DNA from: the human T2T-CHM13v2.0 reference genome, Homo sapiens
Direction: 5' to 3' (one strand)
DNA length: 64,000 nt
Assembly (NCBI RefSeq): GCF_009914755.1
Contig: NC_060925.1
Below the pieces are notes generated by a model. That model saw only the letters and a list, made by a program, of their open reading frames with translations. It was not told where the DNA came from and searched no databases. The first letter of the stretch is position 1, and each line of letters opens with the position of its first letter. Below are positions 1 to 15,830 of the stretch, in pieces. The translations under genes and the position numbers were made by a program.

Positions 1-160
1 ACCAGGTGTTTCCTGTGGCTCATATGGCTGACTCTGATGGGCCTCCAAGACCCAAATTCCTGGCTCTGACTGATTACCTTCCAGGCTCTTTTTATTTTGC
101 GACGCTGTGGCCACCAGGCCAGGGCAGGCTTTCTCTGGTTTCTATGTCTGTCCCATTCGT

Positions 161-773
161 TCTTTTTTTTGGAGACAAGGTCTTGTTCTGTCACCCAGGC
201 TTGGAGTGCAGTGGGGTAATCATGGCTCACTGCAGCTTCAACTTCCCCAGCTCAAGTGATTCTCCCGCCTCAGCCTTCTGAGTAGCTGGGACTACAGGCA
301 CGCTCCACCACACTTGGCTAATTTTTTTCTCTTTTTGAGATGGAGTCTTGCTCTGTTGCCCAGGCTGGAGTGCAGGGGTGCATCTTGGCTCACTGCACCC
401 TCCCCCTCCCGGGTTCAAGTGATTCTCCTGTCCCAGCCACCTGAGTAGCTGGGACTACAGGCATGTGCCACCACGCCCAGTTACATTTTTTTGTATTTTT
501 AGTAGAGATGGAGTTTCACCATGTTGGCCAGGCTGGTCTCCAACTCTTGACCTCAAGTGATCAACCTGCCTTTGGCTTCCCAAAGTTCTGGGATTACAGG
601 CGTGAACCACCATGCCTGGCCTCACCTGGCTAATTTTTATTTATTTATTTTTTTGTAGAGTCGGGGTTCTCGTTATGTTGCCCAGGCTAGTCTCAAACTC
701 CTGGGCTCAGGTGATCTTCCCATCTTGGCCTCCCAAAGTGCTGGGATCACAGGTGTGAGCCACTGTGCCTGGC
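161..773 (-). mobile_element. AluJ-like SINE, split at its A-rich linker by a younger Alu (pieces ~161-326 and ~623-773)
   Basis: Reverse-complement Alu right arm after a T tract at 161; left arm resumes at ~623 and ends ...gagccactgtgcctggc at 773; J-type ctcctgggctca motif. Confidence 0.9.
327..621 (-). mobile_element. AluS-like SINE nested inside the AluJ
   Basis: Full-length Alu flanked by 16-bp TSD cac(t/c)tggctaattttt at 311-326 and 623-638. Confidence 0.92.
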
Positions 774-1034
774 TGTCTCATTCATTCAATCAACAAATGT
801 TTCTCATGCCAGGCCCTGGGCCACATTCACCTTTCCCACACCAGTGAGGAACAGATGCTGCCCTGTGTGTTTGGGGTGGGGGGTGGCGGGGCTGAGAAGG
901 TAGAGACAAGTCTGTGACTCAGTTTTTCATGTGTAAAATGGGGATAATGCTTTGATAATGAGTGTCCTGCTACTCTTGAGGTGGCATAGGGCTCTGGCGA
1001 GAGGATGACAAGGACACATTCTCTGGGGACCTGT

Positions 1035-1205
1035 GGCCTGCCAGGCACTGTGCTAGATGCTTTGTATAGGTAACGCTGGATGCTCCCAGTAACTTTTCAG
1101 GTGGGGGCTATTTCCCTTCATTTTACGCTTGGGAAAATGAGGCTCAGCAGGTGACTTGACTCACCTGAGATCACTCACCACATACCCAGTTTAGGGTTTA
1201 AATCC
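1035..1205 (-). mobile_element. MIR SINE fragment
   Basis: cattttac...gggaaaatgaggctcag core and ccaggcactgtgcta flank typical of antisense MIR. Confidence 0.7.
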
Positions 1206-1488
1206 TTCCCTGGCTCACATTGCCCTTCTAGCCACTGTTCTTCCTCTGCCTCTCCTTTCCCTCTCCCCTCCCCTTCCTCCAGCCCCTTCTCTTCCACTCC
1301 ATTCTCCTTCCTCTTCCTTGTCTATTTTTCATCAAAAGGTCTAGAGTTTTCCGCACGCACTCTTTCCATGTCTGCACTTGCCAGTCGCCCCTTAGTCCTG
1401 AGGTCCGTCTCCCCATCCCGCATCCTTCCACGGTGACCAGGACCTCTGTGAGCAGAACCCAGTGGTTCTGACCTCTTAGTAGCCTTGA

Positions 1489-1865
<377 letters not shown>

Positions 1866-3474
1866 TCTCCTGGGTTTTCTTAATCTTTCCATTTAAAGGA
1901 TTTTTAAAAACCCGAACATTTGTTGAGCACCTGCCTTGTGTCCAGGCTGTGCTAAGGGGGGATATGCGGTGGCCAGACCTTCTGGATCCTTGTCTTCCTG
2001 TGTGTGGCCTCAGGAGCTGTGCCTGCTCTGCGCCTCCACTCTCTGCTCTGGCGCTCACTCTCCTCCTTCCCTTCCCTGCTGCCTATGCCTCTCCCCACAT
2101 GCTCTTTCTTGACAGTCTTGTCTACCATGGCCTCAGCTACCAGCTACCGCCTGAGGACTCCCCAGCCTTCAGTCCAGAACATTCTGGACAGAACATTATT
2201 CTGTAATGACCTTCAGAGTCTATCAGGATCCCTCTGCCTGCCCCTAACCCTGGACTCCAGGCACCCCCTCCAGTTCTTCCTTCACAAATTGCCACAGTGC
2301 TTTCTCTAAGTCACACTGGCCCACTGCGACTGCTCAGTGCTACGAGGTGGAATCCTCATTCTTTCACCCACTCGACTCCTATTCATCCTGTAAGACTCAG
2401 TCCAGGTATCACCTCCTCCAGCAGGTCCTCCAGGATTGACCCAGTGACTCTGCTCCATGTGTCCCCAGCACAGGAGCTCCCCTCCAGCATGGTGGGATAG
2501 AGCCCAGGGCCTGGCACAGAGTGAGAATGGCCCCAGTGAATGTGGACTGGAGACCCAGTGGCTGTAAGAGCTCACAAACAGTCTAAATCTCTTGTTTTAC
2601 CCACAGGGACAGGAGGTCTAAGGTCTCAAATGGATTTACCAGCAAAGCCAAGACTCTAGCCCAAGTGCCTGGATCCCATTTCAGAGTCTGTCCCATCAGA
2701 GCACACAGCCAGGAAGGTGAGACAGCAGGTATCGTGGAGAGAGGCCACTGATTGGTCAGTGTCAGGCATGCTGAGTTATCTGTGGCCCTGTCCTATTCTG
2801 AGCATATTTTCCTCTGCACAGATAAAGTCAGATCTTTGCACTTGTCCAGTGAGGTGTTCCTCACGGTAAATGGATGACAATTGACAAAGTGCCTACTGTG
2901 CGCCCACCTTGGCCTGGGGCTTTCGTGGGTGTTATCTTGCTTCCATTGTCTTGGGGAAGGAGCCAGGAGGGATGTGGAGGACAGAGGACTTCCTTAAAGG
3001 TGGGATCATGGCACAGCACCTTGGCTTCTTCCTTGAGTGCTGGGCGCTCGGCAGGTGCTTGCCAAGGTGTGCGTTGCACAGAGGATTTGCTGGCTGGGTC
3101 CCATGAGCTTGCAGAGCTGAGCTTGGCTGGAGAGTAATTGGAATACCAAAAATGCTCGACCTCGGACTGCAGCTTCCGTATCACCAGGGCCAGCTGGGCT
3201 GTGGTCCCAGCTTCCAACTCAGAGACCTGGGTTCTTCCACTGAGTCCCAACTGGTTGAGCACTTCTGGGATGAGTTCTGGTGCAGCGTGGTGCTCCAGTA
3301 TCCAGCATGGGCCCTGACACTCAGGAGGCCCTCGTATATGGCTATTGAGAGATTGAGCTACCTGTGCCATCTTGGAGGTGGCCATGTCCCTCAGGCCTCA
3401 GTCTCCTGGTAACAAAAAGGGATCCTTTCTCGTTCCAGAGGACAGGACTTAAAACCCTTAGGGGTGAGCGCTCC

Positions 3475-3699
3475 TTGAGCACTTACTGTATGCCATGCCC
3501 TGTTCTAACACTTCACATGTGCAAACTCGTTTAAGCCTCATGACTATTCTTGGTACTATTCAGGCCCCATTTCACAGATGAGGAAATCGAGACTCAGAGA
3601 GGTTAGGTAGCTCTCCAAGGTCCTGCAGCTGGTGAGTGGCAGAGTCAGGATTTGAACCCAGACCATCTGGCTGCATGGTTCATGCTCCTAACCACTACA
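3475..3699 (-). mobile_element. MIR SINE, near full length
   Basis: ccccatttcacagatgaggaaatcgagactcagagaggttagg...ggatttgaacccag core. Confidence 0.85.
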
Positions 3700-4414
3700 T
3701 CTATGGACTTTTTCATTGGCTGTCATCCTGGTCCAGAGCTGTTGCAATTTAAGAGGGAGCCACTGTTGTTCTTATTATTACTAAAGGACAAACCCACAGG
3801 CATGGCTGGAGACAGAACCTTGTTTCTGGGACTTAATTTGAGGAAGGGTGCAAAAAGGGGGTGTGGGGAATATCCCAGTTTGACCAAGGATTTGCAAAGG
3901 ACAATCCACGTAAGGCATGAATCTAATCCTGTCTTGTCCTTGAATTGGCACTGGGCTCAACTCCTTTTCTTCATTCCTCTGTGGGAGTGGTGGGAGCCAA
4001 CTCACCTTCCAGGGTCACAGAGACCTGACCTCCCAAGGAGGCTGGTCCCTGCTCAGACCAGGCAGCCTAGGAGCCCCTCAGCTGCCCCATCAGGACTCAT
4101 CGCACCTTCTTCCCCAGCCTTGGCAGCTGGCCCTGGGACATGAAGGGGACAGGAGCACCAGAATGGGGAAGGGTCAAGGCTGAGCCTTGCTCCCGTCAGT
4201 CTCCAACCTGCTTGTTTGAGCAGGAGACTTGGGCATCTGGGCAGATGGAGGACGGGCCCGTTCTCATTCAGCAGAGTCTCCTGTAGGGCTCTCCTGGTGT
4301 TTAGTAGGTGCTGAGTCCTGGGCGATAGCAGAGTCTAGTGGGCCGGGGCACAGGTTGGGGATGGGGGATGGGATCAGGGAGGCAGGAGGAGGCTGGGATA
4401 TGTGGCCAAAGCTA

Positions 4415-4625
4415 TGGACTTAGGAGTCAGGTTTTTATCCTAACCCTCCCCTAACCCCCATTTCCTTGGGAAAGTTACTTCCTGCCCAGAACTCCCATTT
4501 CTTTTTCTTTAAGATGGAGATCATAATACTGTCCCTGTGAAAATGAAACAGAAGCACAGATGTAGGACCAAGTGTAAGGTCTGGGCCATACAAAGCATGG
4601 AATAAAGGTGGCTGCTGTTATTACA
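4415..4625 (+). mobile_element. MIR SINE fragment, diverged
   Basis: ccttgggaaagttactt...aagatggagatcataata...aataaaggtggctgctgttatt. Confidence 0.55.
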
Positions 4626-4679
4626 ACTCATACCAGGGGCTCTTGCCAAGTGAGCTAACATGGCGGGTCTGTATGCCCG

Positions 4680-5070
4680 TAAGTAGGCACGTGACTAGGC
4701 CTGGTCAATCAGAGGATTCCACTGATTCTGGATAGACATGTGACTCAAGCTTGGCCAATGAATTCAAGCCCTGGGACTTTTGTTGGAACCATTGGGAAGA
4801 GAGGCCCTCTTTCTGCTGGGGTTGATGAGAGGATAGGAGACCAGCCTAGAGCTGCTGGTAGTTGTTATGCCTCCATGAGGGAAGAGACTCCCTCTGAGGA
4901 TTAGGCTGGTCGAGAGGTGGAGAGAGAGAGATTAAGACCTGATGTCATGCCTTGATTCTCTGCAGCCAGCCTTGCCTGAAATCAAAGCAGATTCATGCAT
5001 ATGAGTCAAAAAACTTTTCTTTTTAGAGCTTGTTTCTGTTACTTGTAATTAAAATAGTCTTGAGTAATGA
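4680..5070 (+). mobile_element. MaLR solo LTR, MLT1J/K/L-like
   Basis: catgtgactcaagcttggccaatga motif and 3' end tttctgttacttgtaattaaaatagtcttgagtaat typical of old MLT1. Confidence 0.7.
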
Positions 5071-5261
5071 AGGTTAATTCAAGGCTATGAGAAGTCTGGT
5101 AAACTTTGTTCTGAAATGCTTGGTTTTGGGGGAGACAAGTAGTCACACTCAGTAGATCAGCCAAAAAATATCCTTCCTAGAATGTGGTTTGGAAAGGGAG
5201 AAGGCTTCATGAGAGTCACACGCCAGAGGAGACAGTAATAACTGTGGACATAGCCACGTAA

Positions 5262-5900
5262 GTCATTCATTCATTTGACCATTCAAAGGGACTTAGAGAG
5301 CACCTACTGTGTGCCAGACAGTGGGTACAACAATGCTGTCTCCATAGAGCTTAGTGGGAAGATATGCATCTATGAAATAATGACAAGTGCCCTGAGTGAC
5401 ACTGAGGGAGAAGCTCTGGGTGGGTATAATGGGGTTGGGAAAGCCTTTTCTGATGGAATGATGTTTAAACTGAGGTCTGAAGGAGGAGAAGAGTTGTCTG
5501 GAGAAGGAGTCTGGGGGAGAGGGGCCAGAGAGTGTGCCAACCAGATGTGCTGAAGTGTTTGAGGGACTGGATGAAAGGAAATGCCTCTCTGGATCTGCAG
5601 TGGGGAGAGGAGCGGGTGGGAGGGAGTCCAAGTGGGGCAGAGACCATTAGGAGGCTTTAAAGAGAGGATGCTGGCTGGGAAGGAGAGCAGCAGGGCCACT
5701 GGAGGCGGAGTAGCGGGTGAAGCAGGAAGGGGGATGAAGTGAGGGCACTGATGAGGGTCCCAGGAGTGCTTGGGGTGGCTTTCAGCTGGAGAAAGTTGTC
5801 TAAGAACCTTGACATGGTCTGGAGGCTGCTGTTGGAATCTTCCAGCTGCCTAGGGAGAGAGTTCTGGCTTGGGGGTGGTGCAGGAGCATGGGGAGGAAGA
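5262..5900 (-). mobile_element. L2 LINE 3' fragment
   Basis: tcattcattcatt start, gagcacctactgtgtgccag, atgtttaaactgaggtctgaagga. Confidence 0.7.
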
Positions 5901-6067
5901 CCAGGAGAGAGAGTGAGTGTTCTTTCACACGGCCCCCGAACACCCAGCACCCAGATCAAAGATGTCATCTGTACCCAAGGAGCCCCCCGCATGTCCCATT
6001 CCATTCTCTAGCCATCTCTTGAAGGAAATCACTATCCTGACTCCTGTCAGCATGGATTAATGTTACC

Positions 6068-6366
6068 TTTTTTTTTTTTTTTTTGAGGCAGAGTCTCACT
6101 CTGTCGCCCACGCTGGAGTGCAGTGGTGTGATCCCAGCTCACTGAAGCCTCTGCCACCCGGGTTGAAGTGATTCTTGTGCCTCAGCCTCCAGAGTAGCTG
6201 GGACTACAGGCACATGCCACCACTCCTGGCTAATTTTTGTATTTTTAGTAGAGACAGGATTTCCCCATGTTGGCCAGGCTGGTCTTGAACTTCTGACCTC
6301 AAGTGATCCTTTTGCCTCGGCCTCCCAAAGTGCTGGGATTACAGGCATGAGCCACCGCACCCAGCC
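6068..6366 (-). mobile_element. AluS-like SINE
   Basis: Full-length Alu with poly-T; imperfect TSD aatgttacct / aatattgcct. Confidence 0.95.
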
Positions 6367-6887
6367 AATATTGCCTATTTTTGTGATTTACATAAATGGA
6401 ATCACATGGCATGTCCTCTTTTTGTGTGTGTGGCTTCTTTCTCTCAACCTCATGTCTGTGAGACTCATCCAGGCTGCGTGCACTGGTAGATTGCTCATTC
6501 TCATTGCCAAATAGAATTCATTATACGGCTATACCACAAATTAGTTATTCTACTGTTAATGGACATGTGAGTTGTTTCCAGTTTTTGGTTGGTACAAATA
6601 ATGCCGCTAAGAACATTTTTGTGTTATACATACCTTCTGGGGCATATCACCACTCATTTCTATTGGGTTTAAACCTCCGTATGGGATTACTGGGCCATGG
6701 AGTATGTGTACGTTCACTTTTGTAAATTCTGCCAGTTTCACAAAGCAGTTGTACATCTTTACACTCCACCAGCAGTGAACGAGAGTTCCAGTTCACTTGC
6801 TCCACATCCTTGCCAACACTTTATTGTCAGTTTTTCTCATTTTGGTCATTCTTATGAGCTTGAACCAGTGTCCCATTATGGTTTTAA

Positions 6888-7207
<320 letters not shown>

Positions 7208-7226
7208 TGGATAGCCACTTTGGTGA

Positions 7227-7586
<360 letters not shown>

Positions 7587-8087
7587 TGGTTTGTAGAATT
7601 CTTTATATATTCTGGACATAGGTTCTTTGTCAGATGTATGGATTTCAAATATTTTTCTCCCACTCATTAGCTTGTCTTTCTACTCACTTAGGGGAGTCTT
7701 TCAGTGAACGGAAGTTCTAAACCTTAAGCTGCTAAATGTATCCATTATTTTCTTTTATGGTTGGTGCTTTCAGTTTTCTGTTTAAGAAACTTTTGCCAGC
7801 CCAGAGGTCATGAAGCTATTCTCTTATGCTTAGAAGCTTTTATTTATCTTTCACATTTAGACAGACAGTTTATCTGGAATAACTTTGTGCATGGTTTGTG
7901 AAGTAGAGGTCAAGGCTTTTTCCTTGTGGGGACACCTAGTTGATCCTTTACTGAAAAGATTTTGCTTCCCACACTGCAGTGCAGTATCACCTTTGTCATG
8001 CATCCGGTATCACAGGTGTGGGGTTGTTCCTGGACTCCCTAAGCTAATTGATGGGTCTGTCTATCCTTACACCAATATTACAATGCC

Positions 8088-8380
8088 TTTTTTTTTTGAG
8101 ACAGGGTCTCACTCTGTCACCCAGGCTGGAGTGCAGTGGTGCGATCTCAGCTCACTGCAGCCTCGACTTCTCTGGGCTCAGGTGATCCTCCCATCTTACC
8201 CTCCCGAGTAGCTGGGACTACAGGAGTGTGCCACCATGCTCAGCTAATTTTTTTGTATTTTGTAGAGATGGGGTTTCACCACACTGCCTAGGCTAGTCTC
8301 CAGCTGCTGGACTCCAGCGATCTGCTCACCTCAGCCGCCCAAAGTGCTGGGATTCCAGGTGTGAGCCACTATGTTCAGCC
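8088..8380 (-). mobile_element. AluJ-like SINE
   Basis: gacagggtctcactctgtc, ctgcagcctcgac, gatcctccc J-type motifs. Confidence 0.9.
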
Positions 8381-8558
8381 TTTTTTTTTTTTTTTTTTTT
8401 AAATATCAACTTTTATTTGGCATCTGGTGATATCTTGTTCAGAGAACAAGTCCTCTAGCTTGTTCTTCATTTTCAAGTTTGACTTGGATATTCTTGGTGT
8501 TTTGCATTTCCAAACAAATTTTAGAATCATCTTGACACCTTTCTGTCTCTCTCTCTGT

Positions 8559-8560
<2 letters not shown>

Positions 8561-8603
<43 letters not shown>
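8561..8603. repeat. (CA)21 microsatellite preceded by a short CT-rich tract
   Basis: Direct reading. Confidence 0.97.
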
Positions 8604-8605
<2 letters not shown>

Positions 8606-8794
8606 ATGGGATTTTAAATCATAATTTCACTGAATTTCCACATCAATATGAGGAGAATTGACATCTTTATAATAGGGAATCTTCTGATCCAGCTTATAGT
8701 TTGTTTAAAAAATAAAGTTGACTTTATATTTTCCTTTGTAAAGTAATAAAGCAGAAGAATTGGAAATGTAAACATACAGAAAGAAGTGAGTTTT

Positions 8795-9071
<277 letters not shown>

Positions 9072-9155
9072 TCATTTAATGCCCATACCCACCAGTGCTA
9101 AGATGATGGTGGGTCTTTTTTCTACACATTTTACTTTACATCACTGATGTCATAG

Positions 9156-9490
<335 letters not shown>

Positions 9491-10202
9491 ACACTTAACT
9501 GTAGAATATGTTTTTTTCATGTTATTTCAAATTCTTTGTAAACATAACTTTCAATTACTAGAAAGCCATTTATAAGTTGATATTCCATAGTTCACCTAAC
9601 TACTCCCCTATTATCATATGCTTAGGTTGTTTTCCAACATTTTCTACATGAATGACACAGTGGTGACATCTTTGCACAGGGGTCCTTATCTGGATCTGAT
9701 TATGAGAGACTCCCAGAAATGAAATGATTGACTGAAAGGTATGAACATTTTAAGGCTCTTGATCCTTGGCATGGAGCCAGTCAGTGGTAGAGCCAGGACT
9801 ATAAGCTGAGGCCCTGGCCCTGTCCAGTCCTCTTCCTCAAAGGCCAAGTCCCTTGGCCTTGGGGCTCCCAGGCAGTAGAGGAGACACAGCCTCTTTCCTT
9901 CAGACTCAGGGTCATTCTCGTTGGCCTCACCCCAGGATTTTCCTGCTGGATAACCATGGTGACCAGGGTAACCATGAGCCAGAGAGGTAGAGGAAGCCAC
10001 TTGCCCTCACTGATCTGGGTCATGGTGAGAAAAGACAGCCCTTTGCTGGGCCCTGAGGGAGTGGAGCTGAAGGACAACATTCCTTTTGGCGAAGCTCTGC
10101 CAAGGTTTCCTGTACGCCTTCTAGGTGTTGGGCAGAGTGGGGATAGTGGAAGAGGTAGGGTATAGGTTCAGAAGGTGTGGGGAGGAGTTCTGGTCATTAT
10201 TT

Positions 10203-10549
10203 CTTCTTTTCTTCCTTGTTATTCTTTCATTCATTTATATAATTTTATTTTATTTTTGAGACAGGGTCTTGCTTTGTCACCCAGGCTGGAGTGCAGTGGT
10301 GCAATCACAGCTCAATGGGGCCTTGAACTCTGGGGATCGAGCAATCCTCCTGCCTCAGCATCCTGAGTAGTGGGGACTGCATATGCATACCATCAGGCCT
10401 AGCTAATTAAATTTTTTTTTTTTTTTTTTTTGTAGAGATGGGCTCTTGCTATACTGCTCAGGCTGGTCTCGAACTCTGGGCTCAAGCGATCCTCTTGCCT
10501 TGCCCTTCCAAAGTGCTGGGATTACAGGTGTGAGCCACTGTGCCCAGCC
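10203..10549 (-). mobile_element. AluJ-like SINE
   Basis: TSD ttctggtcattattt at 10188-10202 and 10550-10564; degenerate tail. Confidence 0.92.
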
Positions 10550-10569
10550 TTCTGGTCATTATTTCTTTT

Positions 10570-10735
10570 GTGATTATGGGCACAAGGTGATGTCAGTTCT
10601 GCGAGCCTCAGTTGCCCCATCTGTTAAAATGGGTACAATACACCCATCTTGCCGGGCTGTTGAGAGTTTAAACAAGATGAAGTGGAAGACAGGCCGTTGT
10701 AAATGGCTCAGGTCAGGAGCTCAAACATAGGCATT
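10570..10735 (+). mobile_element. MIR fragment
   Basis: gagcctcagttgccccatctgttaaaatggg core. Confidence 0.65.
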
Positions 10736-11639
10736 TAGGGGGAAAAACCCTTCTTATCCCTAAAGGACGATCTTAGATCTCACCATATCCTCACATTCTT
10801 TCCTGTTTCTTCCTCCCAGCCAAAAGATCCTCCCTGGGCTAGCCGAAGGGTCATTGGTCGTGGTTTCTTCTGCTTCCAGGACTCTTTGTGGTTCTCTGAT
10901 GAGGCATCCCATGGACATGTGTCCTTCCTTCCTGATGGCTCTCAGGGTCTTGGCAAGAGTTTAGGGACCCTGGTCAGCATCTCAGAGGGGTGCCCCCGTT
11001 GTCCTGGGCGTTTGCTACTGTCTTGTCTGAGATGGGCATCATGGTTAGCACTCAGGACAACTACCCTTTGCTCCCCGACTGGCTCCCACTCAGAGGTGAT
11101 CTTGGCAATTCCCATAGTAGATGTCACCTCTTCATGAGCTGAGGCCCCTCAGGCTTGATCATGATGGGAGGGGATGGTTGGACCTGATGCCATGAGAGGT
11201 CCCATTCATATGTGGCTTCCCATGCTGGAAGAAGTGGCGGCAGCACAAGCTTATGCTCACATCCCTTATTTCTGGTCTATTTGGTGCCGTGACAACTGGG
11301 GCAAAGGCCAAATCTCCTACCCTGAGCTACCTTTCTATTCTGCACATCAACTCATCTCTTGGGACAGAACTAGTTGGACAGGGCTAGACCTCTGCAGACA
11401 TCTCCTGGGTTTCCTGTATGTAGAAGGTGAGGAGTGTTAGCAGAAAGAGCCCAGCGATGACCTCCTACAAGCAGGCTCAGTGTGTGGGGTGCAGATCTCT
11501 GCTCTGGTCCTTCATGATGCAGAGATGAGTTAGAGAAAGCTGGGTAGGACTCAGGTGTCTTTGTGTCTGTTCCAAGAACTAGTAGGTTCTGGGCATCCCG
11601 CCCAGAGGGTTTTCTGGCCACTTGTCCACTAATCAAAGC

Positions 11640-11800
11640 TTGACCCTGTCCCTTGGCAGCTGTGTGACCTTGAGCAGTGCAGGCAACTTCCTTAAGCTTT
11701 AATTTCCTCTTCTGTTAAAGAGGGTATATTAAATATCCCTCCTTCAAATGAGGGTGATAATCATCTCTATAAAATAGGAGTAATCATAATCTGTCCATAT
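11640..11800 (+). mobile_element. MIR fragment
   Basis: agctgtgtgaccttgagc...tttcctcttctgttaa. Confidence 0.6.
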
Positions 11801-12143
11801 GGGGTTTTTCTTTTAAATTAATAGACTTTGCTTTCTAGAAAGTTTTAGGTTTAGAGAAAAATTGAGCAATAGTTCAGAGAGTTCCCACACACTGCTCCCT
11901 CTCCCATACTCACAAACACAGTTTCCCCTCTTATTACCATCTTGCATAAATGTGATACATTTGTCATCATTGATGAATCAATATTAATAGTTATTATTAG
12001 GTAACACAGGTAGTTTACATTAAGTTTCACTCTTTAAGTGGTACAGTTCTATGGGTTTTGACAAATGCATGATGTCCTGTGGCCTCCAGTGTAGAATAAT
12101 ACAGAATACTTTCACTGCCTAAAAAATCCCCTGTGCCTCCTAG

Positions 12144-12671
<528 letters not shown>

Positions 12672-14546
12672 CATTTCTTTTCATTGCTGAGTAACATTCT
12701 GTTGTATGGATGTACCACTGTTTATTTATTCACCTTTTGAGGAACATCTTGGTTGATCCAGATTTTGGCAGTTAGGAATAATAAAGCTGCTATAAACATC
12801 TGCGTGGAGGTTTTTGTGTGAACCTAAGTGTCCAACTCATGTGTATGAATACTGAGGGGCATGATTGCTGGATTGTGTGGTAGATGATGTTTAGCGTTGT
12901 AGGAAATGGCTAGACTTTCTTCCTGTACCATTTTACATTGCCACCAGCAGTGAATGAGAATTCCCGTTGTTCTGTTTCCTTGCTAGCATTTGGTGTTGTC
13001 AAGTTTTTGGATTTTAGTTGTTCTAATAGGAGTGTAGTGGTATCTCATTGTTGTTTGAATTTGCCATTCCCTAACAACATACGATGTTGAACATCTTTTC
13101 ATATGCTTATTTGCCATTTGTGTATCTTCTTTGGTAAGGTGTTCAGATCTTTTTCAATTTTTAAATGGGATTTTTTTCTTATAGAACTTCAGAGTTCTTT
13201 GTATATTTTGGATACAAATCCTTTATGAGATACATGTATTGCAAATATTTTCTTTCAGTCTGTGGCTTTTTATTCTCTTAATGATGTCTTTCACAGAACA
13301 GAAATTTTTAATTTTAATGAAGTCCAGCTTATCACATTTTTCATTCAGAGGTCATGCTTTTGGTGCTGTATCTAAAAACTCATTGCCAAACCCAAACTCA
13401 CTTAGATTTTTCTCCTGTTTTATTTTCTAGGAGCTTTATAGTTTTCTATTTTACACTTAGGTCTATGATCCAGTTTGAGTTAGTTTTTGTGAAAGGTGTA
13501 AGGTCTGTGTCTAGATTTTTTAAAATTTTATTTTTGCATGTGGATGTCCAGTTGTCCCGGCACCGTTTGTTGAAAAGACTATCCTTTCTCCATTGAATTG
13601 CCTTTGCGCCTTTGTCAACTATAAGATAACTATATTTGAGTGGGTTAAATTTTGGGGCTGTCTCTTCTGGTCTATAGATTTATGTGTTTTCTCCTTGCCA
13701 GTGCCATGCTATCTTGACTACTGTAGCTTTCTAGTAAGTCTAAAGCCAGGTAGTGCCAGGCCTCTGACTTGGTTCTCATTCAGTATCGTATTGGCTATTC
13801 TGGATCTTTTGTCTTTCCATATATATTTTAGAATCAGTTTGTCAATATCCACAAGTAACTTGCTGGGATTTTCATTAACATTGCATTGCATGTATATATA
13901 GAGCAAATTGGGAAGAAGCTGACCTCTTAATCATATTGATTCTTCCAATTCATGAATATGGAATATCTTTTTAGATCTTTGATTTCTTTCATCAGGGTTT
14001 TGTAGTTTTCCTCACATAGATCTTATACATGTATTATTAGATTTATACCTAAGTACTCCAGTTATTTTATTTTTTGGTGCAAATGTAAATGGTAGTGTGT
14101 TTCAAATTCTTCTTGTTCATTGGTGGTATATAAGAAAGCAATTGACTTTTGTATACTAACCTTATATTCTACAACCTTGCTATAACCCTTTGCTATAATT
14201 AGTTCCAGGAGGGTTGTTTTTATTTTTTTGTCCATTCTTTGGGATTTTCTACCTAGACAGTCATGTCATCTGTGAACAAAGATAGTTTTCCTTTCTTTTT
14301 TCCCAATGTACATACTTTTAATTTTATTTTCTTGTCTTATTAGATTAGCTAGGACTTCCAGTATAATGTTGAATAGGAGTTGTGAGAGAGGACATCCATG
14401 CCTTGTTCCCAATCTCAGGGGGAAAGTGTCTGGTTGCTTGTCATTAAGTATGATGTTGGCTGTAGTGTTTTTTGTAGTTTTTGAAAAAATCAAGTTGAGG
14501 AAGTTTACCCCTATTCCTAATTTGCTGAGAGGTGTTTTTTGTTTTT

Positions 14547-14547
<1 letters not shown>

Positions 14548-14579
<32 letters not shown>
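14548..14579. repeat. (GT)16 microsatellite inside the L1
   Basis: Direct reading. Confidence 0.97.
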
Positions 14580-14583
<4 letters not shown>

Positions 14584-14729
14584 TCTATCATGAATGGATA
14601 ATGGATGTTGAATTTTGTTTTTCTGTCCACATAGGGCTTTGAGAGGGTTAAATGAGTGGGTCTGGAGCACCCAGCACAGGGGCTGGCATGTAGGTTCAAC
14701 ATATGTTATAACTGAAGGGAAATATTTTG

Positions 14730-14990
14730 TGTTAAACACACAGACTCCAGAGCCAGACTGCCTGAGTTCAAATCCTAACTCTACCACTTATCAGCTGTGT
14801 GACCTTGAGTAAGTTACTTAACCTCTCTGCACCTCATTTTCCTCCTTTCCTATAAAAGGAGGATGATAATAGTATCTCTCTCATAGAGTTGCTTATGGAT
14901 TAAATCAATGAATTATTTGTAAAAGCTTATAAAAGCACATAGTGTTATGTAAGTATCAAGTATTATTAGTACTATTACTATTATTATTAA
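14730..14990 (+). mobile_element. MIR SINE, near full length
   Basis: agagccagactgcctgagttcaaatcc...agctgtgtgaccttgagtaagttacttaacctctctg. Confidence 0.9.
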
Positions 14991-15192
14991 TTATGTTGTT
15001 ATTATTAATGCTATTAACCACGTGGTTACCCTCCTTTTAATTTCAGCTGCATTTCTACACATTAGAGAAGCAATTGAGAATAGGTGGTCAGATGGTCTGG
15101 ATTTGAGTCCCAGCTTTCTCATTTACTATCTGCATGACATTAGACAAGTGACATAAACTTGCACAGTACAGGTACCTACTTTGTGGAGTTAA

Positions 15193-15570
<378 letters not shown>

Positions 15571-15739
15571 TGCTATTATTATTATTGTTATTATTATCAT
15601 TATTTCTGGAGTCCAGCTTCTCAAGGCCCAGTCTCTAGCTGGGTCACTCAGAGACTGTTGGATGACACAGACCCGGGATGCACAGTCTAGGGAAGCAGCA
15701 TGCAGCTGGTGGGTAATCTGACCATTAGGGCTGCCCTAG

Positions 15740-15830
15740 AGCCTGTCCAGGAGGTAGTGTGCCCTCTGTCACTGGAGGTGTTTAAGCAGAAGCTGCAGGT
15801 TTGGCTGGATGATCCAGAAGCTTCTCTGTA
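15740..15830 (+). mobile_element. L3/CR1 LINE 3' fragment
   Basis: ggtagtgtgccctctgtcactggaggtgtttaagcagaagctg resembles the CR1/L3 3' motif. Confidence 0.55.

Noticed and set aside
8381-8420. T20 followed by ttttatt, resembling a tiny polyadenylated retrocopy on the minus strand
   Set aside because: No independent TSD. The sequence fits the interrupted L1, and the T run is best read as an expanded part of the adjacent AluJ target site.
14266-14787. 173-aa ORF with reverse-transcriptase-like motif GTRHGCPLSQLLFNI
   Set aside because: Decayed L1 ORF2 fragment: it starts in a MIR, runs through a (CA)n and frameshifts before the FADD motif. Not a gene or a novel RT system.
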